The notes under the pieces were generated by a model. It saw only the letters and a program-made list of their open reading frames with translations, was not told the origin of the DNA and made no database searches. DNA of 62,833 nt, the filler included, from Octopus bimaculoides (Eukaryota): the NCBI RefSeq assembly GCF_001194135.2. It is 3 parts of 3 records of this genome, joined end to end, with 100 filler letters (N's around TTAATTAATTAA, not from the genome) between each part and the next. Parts side by side here need not be neighbours in the genome. Positions count along the whole stretch, not along the records: positions 22,965 to 54,206 come from NC_068991.1; 2 more parts are not named here. The stretch is one strand, 5' to 3'. Shown piece by piece: positions 39,253-52,579 of the stretch (position 1 is the first letter of the stretch; each line of letters begins with the position of its first letter). A program made the translations under genes and the position numbers.

Positions 39253-39949
39253 GTAAGTAGTTTTATACATTCAATGGTTCTAGTTGTTGACCAGGTGGTT
39301 TTAATACTGTAAATTTGGCTACTTTTATCGTATATTGCACAAGTTTAAAATGATGGCTGTAGTCCCATTTTTAAGGTCAACAAAGAACTATTTTAGAAGA
39401 GACTATACACCATAGTGACTTGGACTTCAAGTGAATAGATGGGAAGTCAAATTATTGAAGCTTTCTATTATTAAATATAATTGTTGTTATTCATGAACCT
39501 TACAACATTATAGTTGAGAGAGAAAGAGAGAGACAAAAAGAGAGAGACAGAGCTATGTTTATGTTTTCTATTTGTTAGCGGTGTTTGTAGGTTTCAATGT
39601 CAGTCATTTTCTTACTATTATCCCAATTATCTTGAGTTAAGACGGGTATTTGTTAAATACATGTGTAATATAACCAAACAGTGACACATATGTAACAAAC
39701 AAGACTGTCACAGCTATAATATATCCAAATGGATCTAATCTGTATTGTATTAAAACAGTAACACATATAATGTAGTCAAAACAATCTCTCATTTATAACA
39801 TACTTATTTCATCAACACTGAAAGGATGAAAGTTAAAGTTGACCTTTGAACCCAGATGGTAAAAATGGATGAAATGCTACCATGCATTTTGCGTGGCATG
39901 CTAATGATTCTGCCAGCATTGTTAATGATGATGTGTGTGTGCATGAGTT

Positions 39950-40320
39950 TGTGTATGTTGTGCTTTCAGAACTTTAGTTTTGCTGAGACAAGCCAGTATT
40001 CTTGAGTACTTGATATCACCAGTCATCTCAGTCCTTTGTCAACTTTCTCTACTTTGTCCCAAATCTCCTGAGCCTCCCTCTTCCCCAAGCTCCATACACA
40101 TTAAGTGGTTGGCAGTTTCTTTATAGAGCTGTCTTCGTTGATACATATCACACGTCTTTCTTGCCCACTACACCTGATCCCCCTCTTTTGCCCAATTTTG
40201 CTCTCAACACATTGGAGCATGCTAGTTTCATTTCTTTTTAGTTTTTGCAAGTTTTCTGCATTAAGGTCCCATGTCTCATTACCATGTAGCATTGCAGTTC
40301 ATACACAAGCATCATACAAT
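39950..40320 (-). mobile_element. RTE-like 3' fragment
   Basis: MLHGNETWDLNAENLQKLKRNETSML. Near-duplicate of 42955-43400. Confidence 0.75.
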
Positions 40321-40530
40321 TATTATAACATACTGGGGTCAAAACACCCCCAAAACTAGGCTTCCTTTTCAGAAAATAACTCAATTCTGAACAGATTACT
40401 AATATGTTAAAAGTAGATGAGCTTTGTACTAGTGAATCTATGATCCAAATTTAATTACTGTTTGTTAACTCTTATCTGACTTCACTTATATTTTAATGTA
40501 ACATAAATTTTTGACATCATTATTATAATT

Positions 40531-40735
40531 GTAGGTGGTGAGCTGGCATGCCAAGCACAATGCTTAGTGGCATTTTGTCTGTTTTTACATTCTGGGTTCA
40601 AATGTCATCAAGGTTGACTTTGCCTTTCATCCTTTCAGGGTTGATGAAATAAGTACCAGTTGCATACTGGGCTCAATATAATCGACCATTCTCCTCCCAA
40701 AAATTTCAGGCCTTGTGCTTATAATAGAAAGTACT
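40531..40735 (+). mobile_element. SINE family A, CpG-decayed copy just upstream of a ppd exon
   Basis: Family motifs. One CpG left in about 160 bp. Confidence 0.75.
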
Positions 40736-40792
40736 GTTATTGTAATTATATCTGCATAAATGATGTCAACATAAAACTATTTCTTATCTTAG

Positions 40793-40898
40793 AGTCGAAA
40801 AAGATATGGGTCATGAACGTGACTTCCTCACTGTTGGTTCCATGGGCCATGCTTCAGCAATTGCTCTTGGAATTGCTTCACAGAAACCTAACAAACAA
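40793..40898 (+). CDS. ppd: Phosphonopyruvate decarboxylase exon
   Basis: ttcttatcttAG acceptor, GTAAGT donor, 106 nt, phase 2 to 0: VEKDMGHERDFLTVGSMGHASAIALGIASQKPNKQ. DFLTVGSMGH is a PPD signature. Confidence 0.95.
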
Positions 40899-41550
40899 GT
40901 AAGTATCATATTATTGTGTTAACCCTTCAAGAATTATATATAGAAGATTTTAGTTTTAACCTTCCATTCAGTTTTGAACTTGGAAAAGAGTTATATCTTA
41001 TCCATTTACTCCAGTACCATTCCTAATCCAAACATTATACAAATAAATATATATATCAGCTTTAAATGAGTAAACTCTACTATATGCATTAGATACACTT
41101 TCCCCCATTTGTACTTCCAAATATATATAAATGAATAATATATTTAGTACATTGCTCTTCGTGCAGGTATGTCTGTTTAAAATTGTTGGGTCTCCTGCAG
41201 GAATGCAAGGCATGAAATGCATGACTAGGATATGTAAATAAATGCAAATAACAAATCCTATTTCAATATAAACTTTCACTTCTGGTTTAACTATATAGCA
41301 AGAAAATATTTTAAATTTTAACTGATTTTATATCAAACCACCTATACTGTTGTCAAAGTTTTATAACATGCTATGGAACAGTAATCATCCTTTTGGACCA
41401 AGATCAGTGTATACAGAGCTGTCATTTTCATCATCCTCTCATAGAACTCAGAGTCATCTGTCAACAGATTACACCCTAACTCAGCAAGCAAAAACTCAAC
41501 AAGTAACATTTCAGTAAATGCCACAACTTAGCAAGTACTAACATAGCAAC

Positions 41551-41592
<42 letters not shown>

Positions 41593-42311
41593 ACGTGTGT
41601 GTTAACTGTAAAAAAGATAATAAAACATAAGTTGTAATAATAAGAGTAAATCCTACTACCATAAAGGTTTCAACTCAAAACTTTGTCAGCAACTGAAACA
41701 AGCTTAAAACAAAATATTATTAGTATTAAAAAAGCAGGAAGAAAACACCCACCATTAACAACAATAAATGTGTAAGAAAAAAGTACTGAAAAATGTTCAA
41801 CGGTTTATATCACACAAATTGCAAATGAAGTTACAGAGATATTCAAACATGCAATTCAAATGAGAGGTTACTTGTTTGCGTAATGTGTTTGCATATGTAG
41901 TCCTGTCATGAACATTTCACTCTGGCTGGGGTCAATATAAAAGAGGTCACTGTATATCATTGTGCATGTGCTACCAGAAGTCCATAATAAACATGTATTT
42001 TTTTAAAATGATATCAAAGATATATATATATATGTGTGTATAAATTCTATCAATACAACATGCTTAATGTATGTGTGTAGTTGAAATGCCACTAGAATCT
42101 GTGGTTTTCATTCAAGAAAAATCCCTTTATAGATGGATTGTACTGAAAAGTACAATATATTTCAGAACTAGGTGAAATGAAATCACCTTAGAAGTCCCAC
42201 AAGGATAACAGATAGTATTGTTGTTGTTGCAGCTTATCAATGTCACATACTCATGTCACTTCTAAAGCAGTTTTGAATCAGCTAGTATGAACTATATACA
42301 TATAGTATATA

Positions 42312-42705
42312 GGCACAGGTGTGGCTGTGTGGTAAGAAGTTTGCTTCCTAACCACATGGTTCTAGGTTTGGTCCCACTGCATGGCACTTTGAGCAAGTGT
42401 CTTCAACTATAGCCTTGGGTTGACCAAAGCTCTGTAAGTGAATTTAGTAGATGGAAACTGAGAGAAACCTGTAGTGTGTGTGTGTGTGTTGTGTCTCTGT
42501 TTGTCCTCTGCTACCGCTTGACAACTGATATTGATGTGTTTACATCCCCATAACATAGAAATTCTGCAAAAGATTTGATGGACTAAGTACTAGACTTTAA
42601 AAAAGAATAAGTACTGGTGTCAACTCTTTCAACTAAAAATTCTTTAAGGTGGTATCCCAGCATGGCTGTAGTCAAATGACTGAAACAATTAAAAGATAAA
42701 AGATA
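42312..42705 (+). mobile_element. SINE family B, full-length decayed copy
   Basis: GGCACAGGTGTGGCTGTGTGGTAAGAAGTTTGCTT head through the TGACTGAAACAA..AAAAGATAAAAGA tail. Confidence 0.8.
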
Positions 42706-42707
42706 AG

Positions 42708-42932
42708 GCAATAGAAGCAACTCTATAGTAAGAATTCTATCAATACAACATGCTTAATACTTGTGTGTAGTCAAATCACCAGAAGCTGCGGTTTCTGCTC
42801 AGGAAAAATCCCTTTATTAACATATTGTGTTAAAAAACATAATACATCTATAAAGGGATTTTTCCAGAACAAAACATGCAGTTTCTGGCAATTTTTAATA
42901 TAGAATTTTTACTATAGAGCTGTTTCTATTGC
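42708..42932. mobile_element. MITE-like element, 225 bp, 33-bp terminal inverted repeats
   Basis: 42708-42740 GCAATAGAAGCAACTCTATAGTAAGAATTCTAT matches the reverse complement of 42900-42932 at 30/33. A related interior sequence lies at about 42044-42160. Confidence 0.65.
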
Positions 42933-42954
42933 ATCATTCGCATGTGTGTGTGTG

Positions 42955-43620
42955 TGTTGTGCTTTCAGAACCTCAGTTTTGCCGAGATGAGCCTATGTTC
43001 TTGAGCACTTGATATCACTAGTCATTTCAGTCCTTTGTCATCTCTTCCATAAGATCAGCTTTCACTACTTTGTCCCAAATCTCCCGAGCCTCCCTCTTCC
43101 CCAAGCTCCATACACATTAAGTGACTGGCAGTTTCTTTATAAAGCTGTCTTCATTGATACACAGCACATGTCTTTTTTGCCCACTGCATCTGATTCCCCA
43201 CTTTTGCCCAATTTTGCTATCAACACATTTGTCCTATGTTATTCATGCGCACTTACATTGCACACCCATTGGAGCATGCTAGCTTCATTTCTTTTTAGTT
43301 TTTGCAAGTCCTCTACAATAAGGTCTCATGTCTCATTACCATGTAGCATTGCAGTTCATACACAAGCATCATGCAATTTGCCTTTCTCTCTTAAATAGAA
43401 ACCTTTTGTTACTTACTGAGGTAAAAACTCTATGAACTTCCTCCAGCCTGTTCTTATTTTAGTAGCTATATTTTCAGAGCAACCTCCACCACTGCTAATT
43501 TGGTCACCAAGGTAACAGAAGCTTTCTATTGCCTCTAGGGACCTTTTTGGGCAATTGAGAAAGACTATTTTCTATGTGCTCTTAGTGTTTATTGCACCTG
43601 AGCATCTATCATAGACAAAA
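42955..43620 (-). mobile_element. RTE-like 3' fragment
   Basis: Minus strand encodes LHGNET..NEASML-type RTE C-terminal motifs. Same family as 39950-40320. Confidence 0.7.
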
Positions 43621-43956
43621 TGTACTTTGTTAACCTAAGATATCACTGCATTTCTTGTGCATCCTAAATTTGCATTTGGTACACTGTATGGAATTTCTAC
43701 CTACTCTTTGTCTACATATTGAGCAAACTCATTTCCCTGCTTAGAGTAGGGACTTGTCTGTTTTCCCACTTAGTTAAACTCTTGTCTTTGCCTAATTAGC
43801 TTTAAAGTGCTGTGATTCTAGGTTCTGTTTCCACACCCAAAATTTCTTTTGCAATTTCACTATAAATTCGGCTACCATAACAAGGTTATCAGTATATATG
43901 AGTTACTACAGGCAACCAGTCTTAAACTTCTGTGTTATGGGTTGGTGGACTTAAAT

Positions 43957-44351
43957 TGTTGTTGTTGTTGGCACTCCGTCGCTTACGATGTCAAGGGTTT
44001 CAGTTGATCCGATCAATGGAACAGCCTGCTCGTGAAATTAACGTGCAAGTGGCTGATCACTCCACAGACATGCGTACCTTTAATGTAGTTCTCGGGGATA
44101 TTCAGCGTGACACAGTGTGACAAGGCTGACCCTTTGAATTACAGGTACAACAGAAACAGGAAGTAAGAGTGAGAGAAAGTTGTGGTGGAAGATTACAGCA
44201 GGGTTCGCCACCATCCCCTGCCGGAGCCTCGTGGAGCTTTAGGTGTTTTCGCTCAATAAACACTCACAACGCCCGGTCTGGGAATCAAAACCACGATCCT
44301 ATGACCGCGAGTCCACTGTCCTAACCACTGGGCCATTGCGCCTCCACACAG
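43957..44351 (-). mobile_element. tRNA-derived SINE family C, full length, with 14-bp target-site duplication
   Basis: Head GGCGCAATGGCCCAGTGGTTAGG..GGTTTTGATTCCC, (AAC)n tail, TGGTGGACTTAAAT at both 43943-43956 and 44352-44365. Confidence 0.88.
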
Positions 44352-45172
44352 TGGTGGACTTAAATAAATAGGAAGGAACTGAGAACTAAACCCTGATGTC
44401 CTACCTCCACACTAAATTCATCTCCGTACTTATTGTTAACTCTCACTTTACTGATAGCATCTCTGTAAATGTTTTTATCAACCTTACAAGCCATTCATCT
44501 ACCCCTTGCTTCTTTAGAAAGCTCCAGGTCACTGAATGAGGGACCTTTTTGAAGGTTTTGTATAATGGCTTACTTTGAGTTATGTACTTATGTAGCTATC
44601 TTACTAGAAAGAGAGTATCCATAGTAATTTTCTCTGGTACAAAATCAAACTGCATCTTATCTCGGCTAACTTTCTCTCTCTCTCTCTTTGTAATTGTGTT
44701 ATAAATCTATATTCTCAAAGGCATCTACTTTAACCTTGTAATTGTTAACTGACACCTTCCTACACAACATGGTTAATCATGTGGGTAACTTGGCCATATC
44801 CTGCTGTACCAGATATTTTAAGCATCTCAGCAGTGATTCCTGATGGTCCAGGGGCTTTTCTTGCCTTTATATCTTTATTTTATCTTATCAAACTTTTGTC
44901 AGCTTGATTTGCTGGTCCCTTGGTTGAATCCATGTTTGAATGACCCTCTTTCTCCCATGTATTCTTTACATTTAATGCCTTTTCATTACAACACTTTTAT
45001 GCCACTTTCTTTTCAGAATTACTAAGTGTAACTGTACTATTGTCCATCCATATGGATTGGACCTGCAACCAACGATGTTATTATTCACTACATGCTCTAT
45101 AAAATAAAATAAATAAATAATTGAAATAAACGTGTTTATATACATATATGTGTTCTGTTTTTCTCTTTACAG

Positions 45173-45373
45173 GTATTTTGTCTCGATGGAGATGGTGCTG
45201 TTATTATGCACATGGGTGCATTAAGTACAATTGGTCAGAGAGGATCTGATAATCTGAAACATGTCATCATTAACAATGGCTGTCATGATTCTGTTGGTGG
45301 TCAAATGACAGATGCTGGAAACCATGACAGCTTTGATTTCTGTGAAATAACCAAAAGTTGTGGTTATAAAGAT
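45173..45373 (+). CDS. ppd: Phosphonopyruvate decarboxylase exon with ThDP/Mg-binding motif
   Basis: ttctctttacAG acceptor, GTTAGT donor, 201 nt, phase 0 to 0: VFCLDGDGAVIMHMGALSTIGQRGSDNLKHVIINNGCHDSVGGQMTDAGNHDSFDFCEITKSCGYKD. Contains GDG-X25-NN and HDSVGGQ. Confidence 0.96.
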
Positions 45374-45423
45374 GTTAGTGAGATTTTTATTTTTGGTTTC
45401 ATGGTAGTTTAAAAATTCAATGT

Positions 45424-45465
<42 letters not shown>

Positions 45466-45689
45466 CACAGGCTTCCCAACCACATGGTTCCAGGTTCAGT
45501 CCCACTGTGTAGCACCTTGGGCAAGTGTCTTCTACTATAGCCTTGGGCCGACCAAAGCCTTGTGAGTGGATTTGGTAGACAGGAACTGAAATAAGCCCAT
45601 CGTATATTCCCTGCACCTGCCCCACCATTGCCTCTCTCCTGTTTCCCCTCACCTACCACCCCTCCACCCTGCCCTTCCAATGCACTATT

Positions 45690-45870
45690 CTCCGAGCCTT
45701 CCGGTGACTTCAGTCTGACTCCTCCACCTCGCACATCTTCCCCAACCTACCCCTTCCCTCCTTCAAACAAGCCCCTACAACCTATGTGACCTCCTGGTCC
45801 ACAATTTCTTTCTTAACCCCACCTTCCAACCTGGCTTGTTCCCCTGCTCCCACCCACGCTGTCATGTCAC
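45690..45870 (+). mobile_element. Penelope-like RT-to-endonuclease linker fragment
   Basis: LQSDSSTSHIFPNLPLPSFKQAP, then after a frameshift CDLLVH..GLFPCSHPRC. Resembles the PLE linker/zinc-knuckle region. Confidence 0.55.
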
Positions 45871-45874
45871 GTCA

Positions 45875-47329
<1,455 letters not shown>

Positions 47330-47437
47330 ATTTATTGTATATATAAGTATATCTTTATCCTTTTACTTGTTTCAGAAGGCAAACCTTTTACTTGTTTCAG
47401 AAGGATTTTTAGTTGAATGAATAATTTTTTTTATTGG

Positions 47438-48584
47438 CTGACATAGGTCATTGAAACTGTAAATGTTGGTAAAGAAACTCTTTCTCTATGGTAACTCCTC
47501 TTCCTGTTCTTCTTCATTACAGGAAAATAATGGGTTCCAAGCAAAAATAATGTGCTATCATTGAGTTCTTGATGATGTGGGCAGGGTGCAGGCTATCCAA
47601 TCTCCACAAAATGCTGCAGGTTATTTGCAGAAATGCACCATTAAAAAGAGTAATGTACAAAGCTGAGTAAAGACATTTAAAAAAGGTGAAACCAGCACCG
47701 AAGACAAACTATGCCATGGGAGGCCATCAACTGTGACCACTGACATCAATCACCAGTGAGTAGACAACTTGATTTGCGCAGACAGACAAGTTATAATCCA
47801 TGGACTTGCTACAAAACTAGACTGTGGCTACAATGAATTACAGAAGATTCTGGAAGACCTTGGATATCAGAAATCATTCATCTTCACAGTTGACACCTGA
47901 TTTGAAAGAGAGAAGGTTGAAAATCTGCTCACATCTGCTGAAAGTATTTGAAACCAGTGAAATAAAATTTTACTTGATTGAGCGACAGAGGATGCAGTGT
48001 GGCTGTGTCTTTTATGATCTGAAAATGAAGATTCTTCAAGGCCTAAGAAGTTCAAGAACTAGTGATTGGTGCCAAAAGTTGTGGTGACTGTTTGTTTTTT
48101 TTTGTTTTTTGTTTTTTATACCAAGAGCACCATTCTGTTTGATTTTCTTGAATGTGACTGTACACTGAGACACTTGAAAGTTTTAAAGAGACTATTCAGA
48201 GGAAGAAATTGAACAAGAATCTGAAAATGATCCACATTCCCCATGACAATGCTTGACCACATGCATTTTTGGCAACAAATCAGACAACTGGAAAATTAGG
48301 TTGGTCAGTGCTACAGCCCTCTCCATTGTACAGCCTTGATCTAGCACCCTCTAACTTTCATCTCTTTAATCCAAGGACAACAATTTGATGGCACAGATAA
48401 GGTGAAAGTGACTGTGAAGAAGTGGATACAAGAGTGCACCTCTGAATTTTTTTCAAAGAAGATTTGAGTTTAGTTCATTGATAGCATACATGCATTGCTT
48501 TTAATGGAAATTATGTTGAGTAGTACCTTTGTATAAAGAAAGAGTTACTCTACCAGCATGTACAATTTGAATGACCCATGTCAG
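47438..48584 (+). mobile_element. Tc1/mariner transposon relic with long imperfect TIRs
   Basis: HDNA*PH at about 48242 and PLYSLDLAPSNFHLF at 48323-48367 (YSPDLAP motif). 47438-47490 matches the reverse complement of about 48531-48584. Confidence 0.85.
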
Positions 48585-48761
48585 TCAGCTAAAATTTTAG
48601 GCCCACTTTTTCATCAATTTCAGGACAACCCGCATATGTGCACATGTGTGTGTGTGTGGGGGTACAAATCTAATATCATTTTAATTACACGTTTCATTAT
48701 AACATAAGAAATACATTTTATGAAAATAAATATTAATATTGATGATAATAAAAGGCAGCAA

Positions 48762-48960
48762 GTTAGCAGAATTGTTAGCACACCAGACAAAATGACTAGT
48801 GCCATTTTGTCCATCCTTACATTCTGACTTCAAATTCCACTGGGGTCCACTTTGCTTTTTATTCTTTTGGGGTCGCTAAAATAAGTACCAGTGGGGGTCA
48901 ATGTAATCAACTTAGACCCTCCACCCCAAATTGTTGGCCTTATGCCAAAATTTGAAGCCA
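48762..48960 (+). mobile_element. SINE family A, CpG-decayed copy
   Basis: Family motifs, about one CpG. Confidence 0.7.
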
Positions 48961-50184
48961 ATATTAATAATAATATAAATATAATAAATTCATAATACAT
49001 ATATACTTACATGTAGAATATCTCTAATGCATAAATTTAAAATAATGCACTTAACTCTTAGAAGAAATTCATTATATATCGCTTAGCGAAAGACAATGAA
49101 AGAGAGGGAAAGAAAAAGTTTTAGCTGGGAAAAATACATACAATATAGGAGGAACAATTATTAACATACATTTGTTATGCATTTTCAAATTTCTTTCTGA
49201 TATATAAAAAAAAAATTGATTTAATATATATATATATATATTTTCTTAAGCTTATGATTTAAAATATGCAATATTTTCTCAAGTAGTATTTTGTATTTTA
49301 ACATATTTTTATAAATGACATCAGCTGGACTTGAACTCAGAATGTAGAGAGATAATTGGATGTTCTTCACCCTGGCTAGGGTTCAATCCTACCCAGGGCC
49401 TGCACTAAGGTGTGTTACAAAAATTTTAACACGGTGGTGCATCAGCATGGCCGCAGCTCTGAGCTGAAACTTTGAAAAGAAAAAAAAAAACTGGAACAAA
49501 ATATTGCAAGGCATTTTATCTAACACTAACATTACCCCTACTTTCTTACTGGCACTTTATTTTATCAACTCCTGAAGTATGAAATATAATATTGACTTGA
49601 CTTCTGTAGGACTTGAACTCATAATGTAAATACCGCAAAGCATTTTGTTTCATACACTACTGATTCAGCCAATCCACTTCCCACATAATTGATGATATAA
49701 AACATCTGCTACCTGGAATACAGTTCATAACAAAATATGCAATTGTTTTGTGTAGTAGCAATAATAATGCTGATGATAATAATTTTTTTATTTTCATTAT
49801 AGTCAGGACAAAACAAGTTGCCATATGGAATAATGAATTCCAACAAAAAGTTCCACTGATTTGTGGAACAGATATCATGTCACTTATTTAGCTACTAACT
49901 CAACTGACACTGGTTTTTAACGTTTCTTAAACTGTTATTTGATGATGGTATTGGTTATGTCCTTGATTTCTGCTGTACTTTCATCTCTATTTTTGAGATA
50001 GACCAAATTTGAAGATTTGTCTGTTATTTTTGCTGCTCTTTTAATATTGTTATTAATTGTGATGACAGCAATTATTTTCTAGGTCCCTTCACTACTTATT
50101 AAGTTATTTATGAATCACCTATCCTTCATTTTATTCTCTATTTTAATCTTTTTTTTTTTCTTTTAACCTTTGTTTAATATTTAG

Positions 50185-50364
50185 GCAAAAACAGTTATAT
50201 CTGAGGAAGAATTAAAAGAAGGAATTCTTTGGCTGCGACAAACACCTGGGCCTGCATTGCTACAAGTCAAAGTCAATGTAGGTGGACGTAGCAATCTGGG
50301 GCGCCCAACACGTACAACCCATGAGAACAAAGCTGATTTCATGCATTTTTTGGCCATAAAATAA
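50185..50364 (+). CDS. ppd: Phosphonopyruvate decarboxylase terminal coding exon
   Basis: tttaatatttAG acceptor, 180 nt: AKTVISEEELKEGILWLRQTPGPALLQVKVNVGGRSNLGRPTRTTHENKADFMHFLAIK, TAA at 50362-50364. LGRP motif. An AATAAA overlaps the stop (50360-50365). Confidence 0.93.
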   Translation, partial: AKTVISEEELKEGILWLRQTPGPALLQVKVNVGGRSNLGRPTRTTHENKADFMHFLAIK

Positions 50365-50502
50365 AAGCAAGTTGGTGTAGGGAAACATTGTTTACAAACT
50401 ATGTTTATGATTATTAGTTTATTCGATTTCAGCTATAGATTGCAGCATATATTAGTGAATGAGAGTATCAAAAGAAAATGTAATGGTGGACTAAAGAACA
50501 AA

Positions 50503-50792
50503 AAAATCTTTCCAGTTCTATATTTAATAGATGAGGAATTATGTACATTATTTACATTATTTATATTAGATAGATATTTGTCCTCATCTTGTTTGTTGTT
50601 AAGAAAACGTTTTGGCTGATATACCCTCCAGCCTTCATCAGGTGTCTTAGGGAAATTTCGAACCTGGGTTCTCATTCCTAAGGTATTTTTGGATGTTATT
50701 ATTATTATTATTATTGTTCAGGTCACTGCTTGGAATCAAACTCAGAATCTTGGGGTTAGTAGCCCGCGCTCATAACCACTACGCCATATGCC
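50503..50792 (-). mobile_element. tRNA-like + (TAA)n + hammerhead module directly downstream of a PLE ORF
   Basis: A-box TGGCGTAGTGG, B-box-like GAGTTTGATTCC. Hammerhead-like GACAC-CUGAUGA-A-GGCUG/CAGCC at 50600-50646, with GAAA mutated to AAAA. Confidence 0.8.
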
Positions 50793-50822
50793 TGTGGGCA
50801 ATTATGGAGTGAATTTTAGGGC

Positions 50823-51392
50823 TTATAAATCTAGTATTTTTCTATCCTTCCTTAATACCAGTTCCCATATGCTGCTCATATCTGCACTCGGTCTGCTTAG
50901 GAGGTAGTTGTGTCCTAACATATGTGCTGTTTCTTGTAGTTTTTGTATTTTCCAGTGGTCGCCATTTTTCCATACATGATCAGCTATACCAGATTTATCA
51001 ATATCTTCTCTTGCCACAGCTTTGCGATGTTTGTCTACCCTTACTTTGAAGGGGCGGCATGTTTCGTCTTTGTATGACCTACCATAGCTGCATGGGATGG
51101 AGTACACACAGTCTTTGGTCATATTCTCTTCTATTGGTGGTTTTACTTGAAGGAGATATTTGCTAAGTGTTGTATTGCTCTTGAATACTGTCCTGATGTC
51201 ATATGGGCCGCATATCTTTCGTATCTTTTCGGAGAGGCCTTTCACATAGGATAAACAGGCTGTGGACAGTTTATTGGCTTCATCCTCTCTCTTCTTCATA
51301 ATTGGAGTGGATAGAATACTTTTGGGATAGTTGTTGCTTAACAGATCATTATTGAGCTTGCTCATTTCTTCATGGTGTGTATCACGATCACT
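50823..51392 (-). pseudogene. Penelope-like element, RT thumb + GIY-YIG endonuclease fragment
   Basis: NNYPKS..LSYVKGLSEKIRKICGPYDIRTVFK..CVYSIPCSYGRSYKDETCRPFKVRVDKH..SGIADHVWKNGDH. Confidence 0.88.
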
Positions 51393-51404
51393 ACTTATAT
51401 TCTT

Positions 51405-51850
51405 AGCGATTGTGATACACACCACGAAGAAATGATCAAGGTCAATAACGATCTGTTTAGCAACAACTACCCCAAAAGTATTCTATCCACTCCAATTATG
51501 AAGAAAGAGGACGAGGACAATAAACTGTCCACAGTCTGTCTACCCTATGTGAAAGGCCTCTCCGAAAAGATATGCAGCCCATATGACATCAGGACAATAT
51601 TCAAGAGCAATACAACACTTAGCAAATATCTCCTTCAAGTAAAACCACCAATAGAAGAGAATATGACCAAAGACTGTGTGTACTCCATACCATGCAGCTG
51701 TGGTAGGTTATACCAAGGTGAAACATGCCACGCCCTCAAAGTATGGGTAAACGAACATTGTATGAGGAGATATTGATAAATCAGGTAAAGCTGATCATGT
51801 ATGGAAAAATGGAGAATATGAAAACTAAAAGAAGTAGCACATATGCTTTG
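51405..51850 (+). pseudogene. Inverted second copy of the same Penelope fragment
   Basis: LPYVKGLSEK..CVYSIPCSCGRLYQGETCHALKVWVNEH. Reverse complement of the neighbouring copy with scattered substitutions and indels. Confidence 0.88.
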
Positions 51851-52544
51851 GATGATATAGCTCCTGATAAATAGAAAGAGGGGATGTTCATTGTTTTAAT
51901 ACCTTTTATCATAGGTCTGATTAATCAAAGTTAACCTTGTATAAGAAATAAAAAAATACCTCTATGTGATAGATTGACCTGCTGAAATAGCAGCTCAAAC
52001 TCATATAATGTACACCCTATCTCCTTCTAAAATGGTAGGATACATTGCCTTTGTAGCTCCTGATGTACACAAAGATTGGTAAAATGCTAGAGATAAATAG
52101 CAAAATTTACTCCAAATCATACATCCAAACTGTCTTTAAAAAAAGTTCACTTTATACCATCAATATAGTTTTGCAATGCTTAAATAATAGTCATACAACA
52201 CTGAAATGAATTTTTTCTTTTAAGCTTATAACAAAAATGGTTCATAATGTTCCAAAATATTAGGTTCTGCTTTTATAAAATATATTTCACAATGACATCA
52301 TTAGATTATTTTCATTGTTGCACAAATTAATATGATGTTTGAAAAAATGTTGCCTGCAGAACCCATAGAGTGGAAACACTTTGTTCTATTTGTATGTGCT
52401 TTTTACATGTTATTTCATGCATTTTTGTTTACCTCTCATGAAAAGAAATTATGGATACATGTATTTTTTACCCTAATATATCTAAAAAAAAGTAATTTCA
52501 TTTATGTCAGCCATATTTTATTTGGATAATTTATAATTTTTCAA

Positions 52545-52579
<35 letters not shown>

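Noticed and set aside
49370-49398. 11-bp hairpin CCCTGGCTAGG/CCTACCCAGGG
   Set aside because: Short, adjacent to a LINE 3' end fragment, with no other support.
50720-50792. Functional tRNA genes here and in the SINE heads
   Set aside because: A and B boxes are present but there is no convincing acceptor stem, and each continues into a repeat body.
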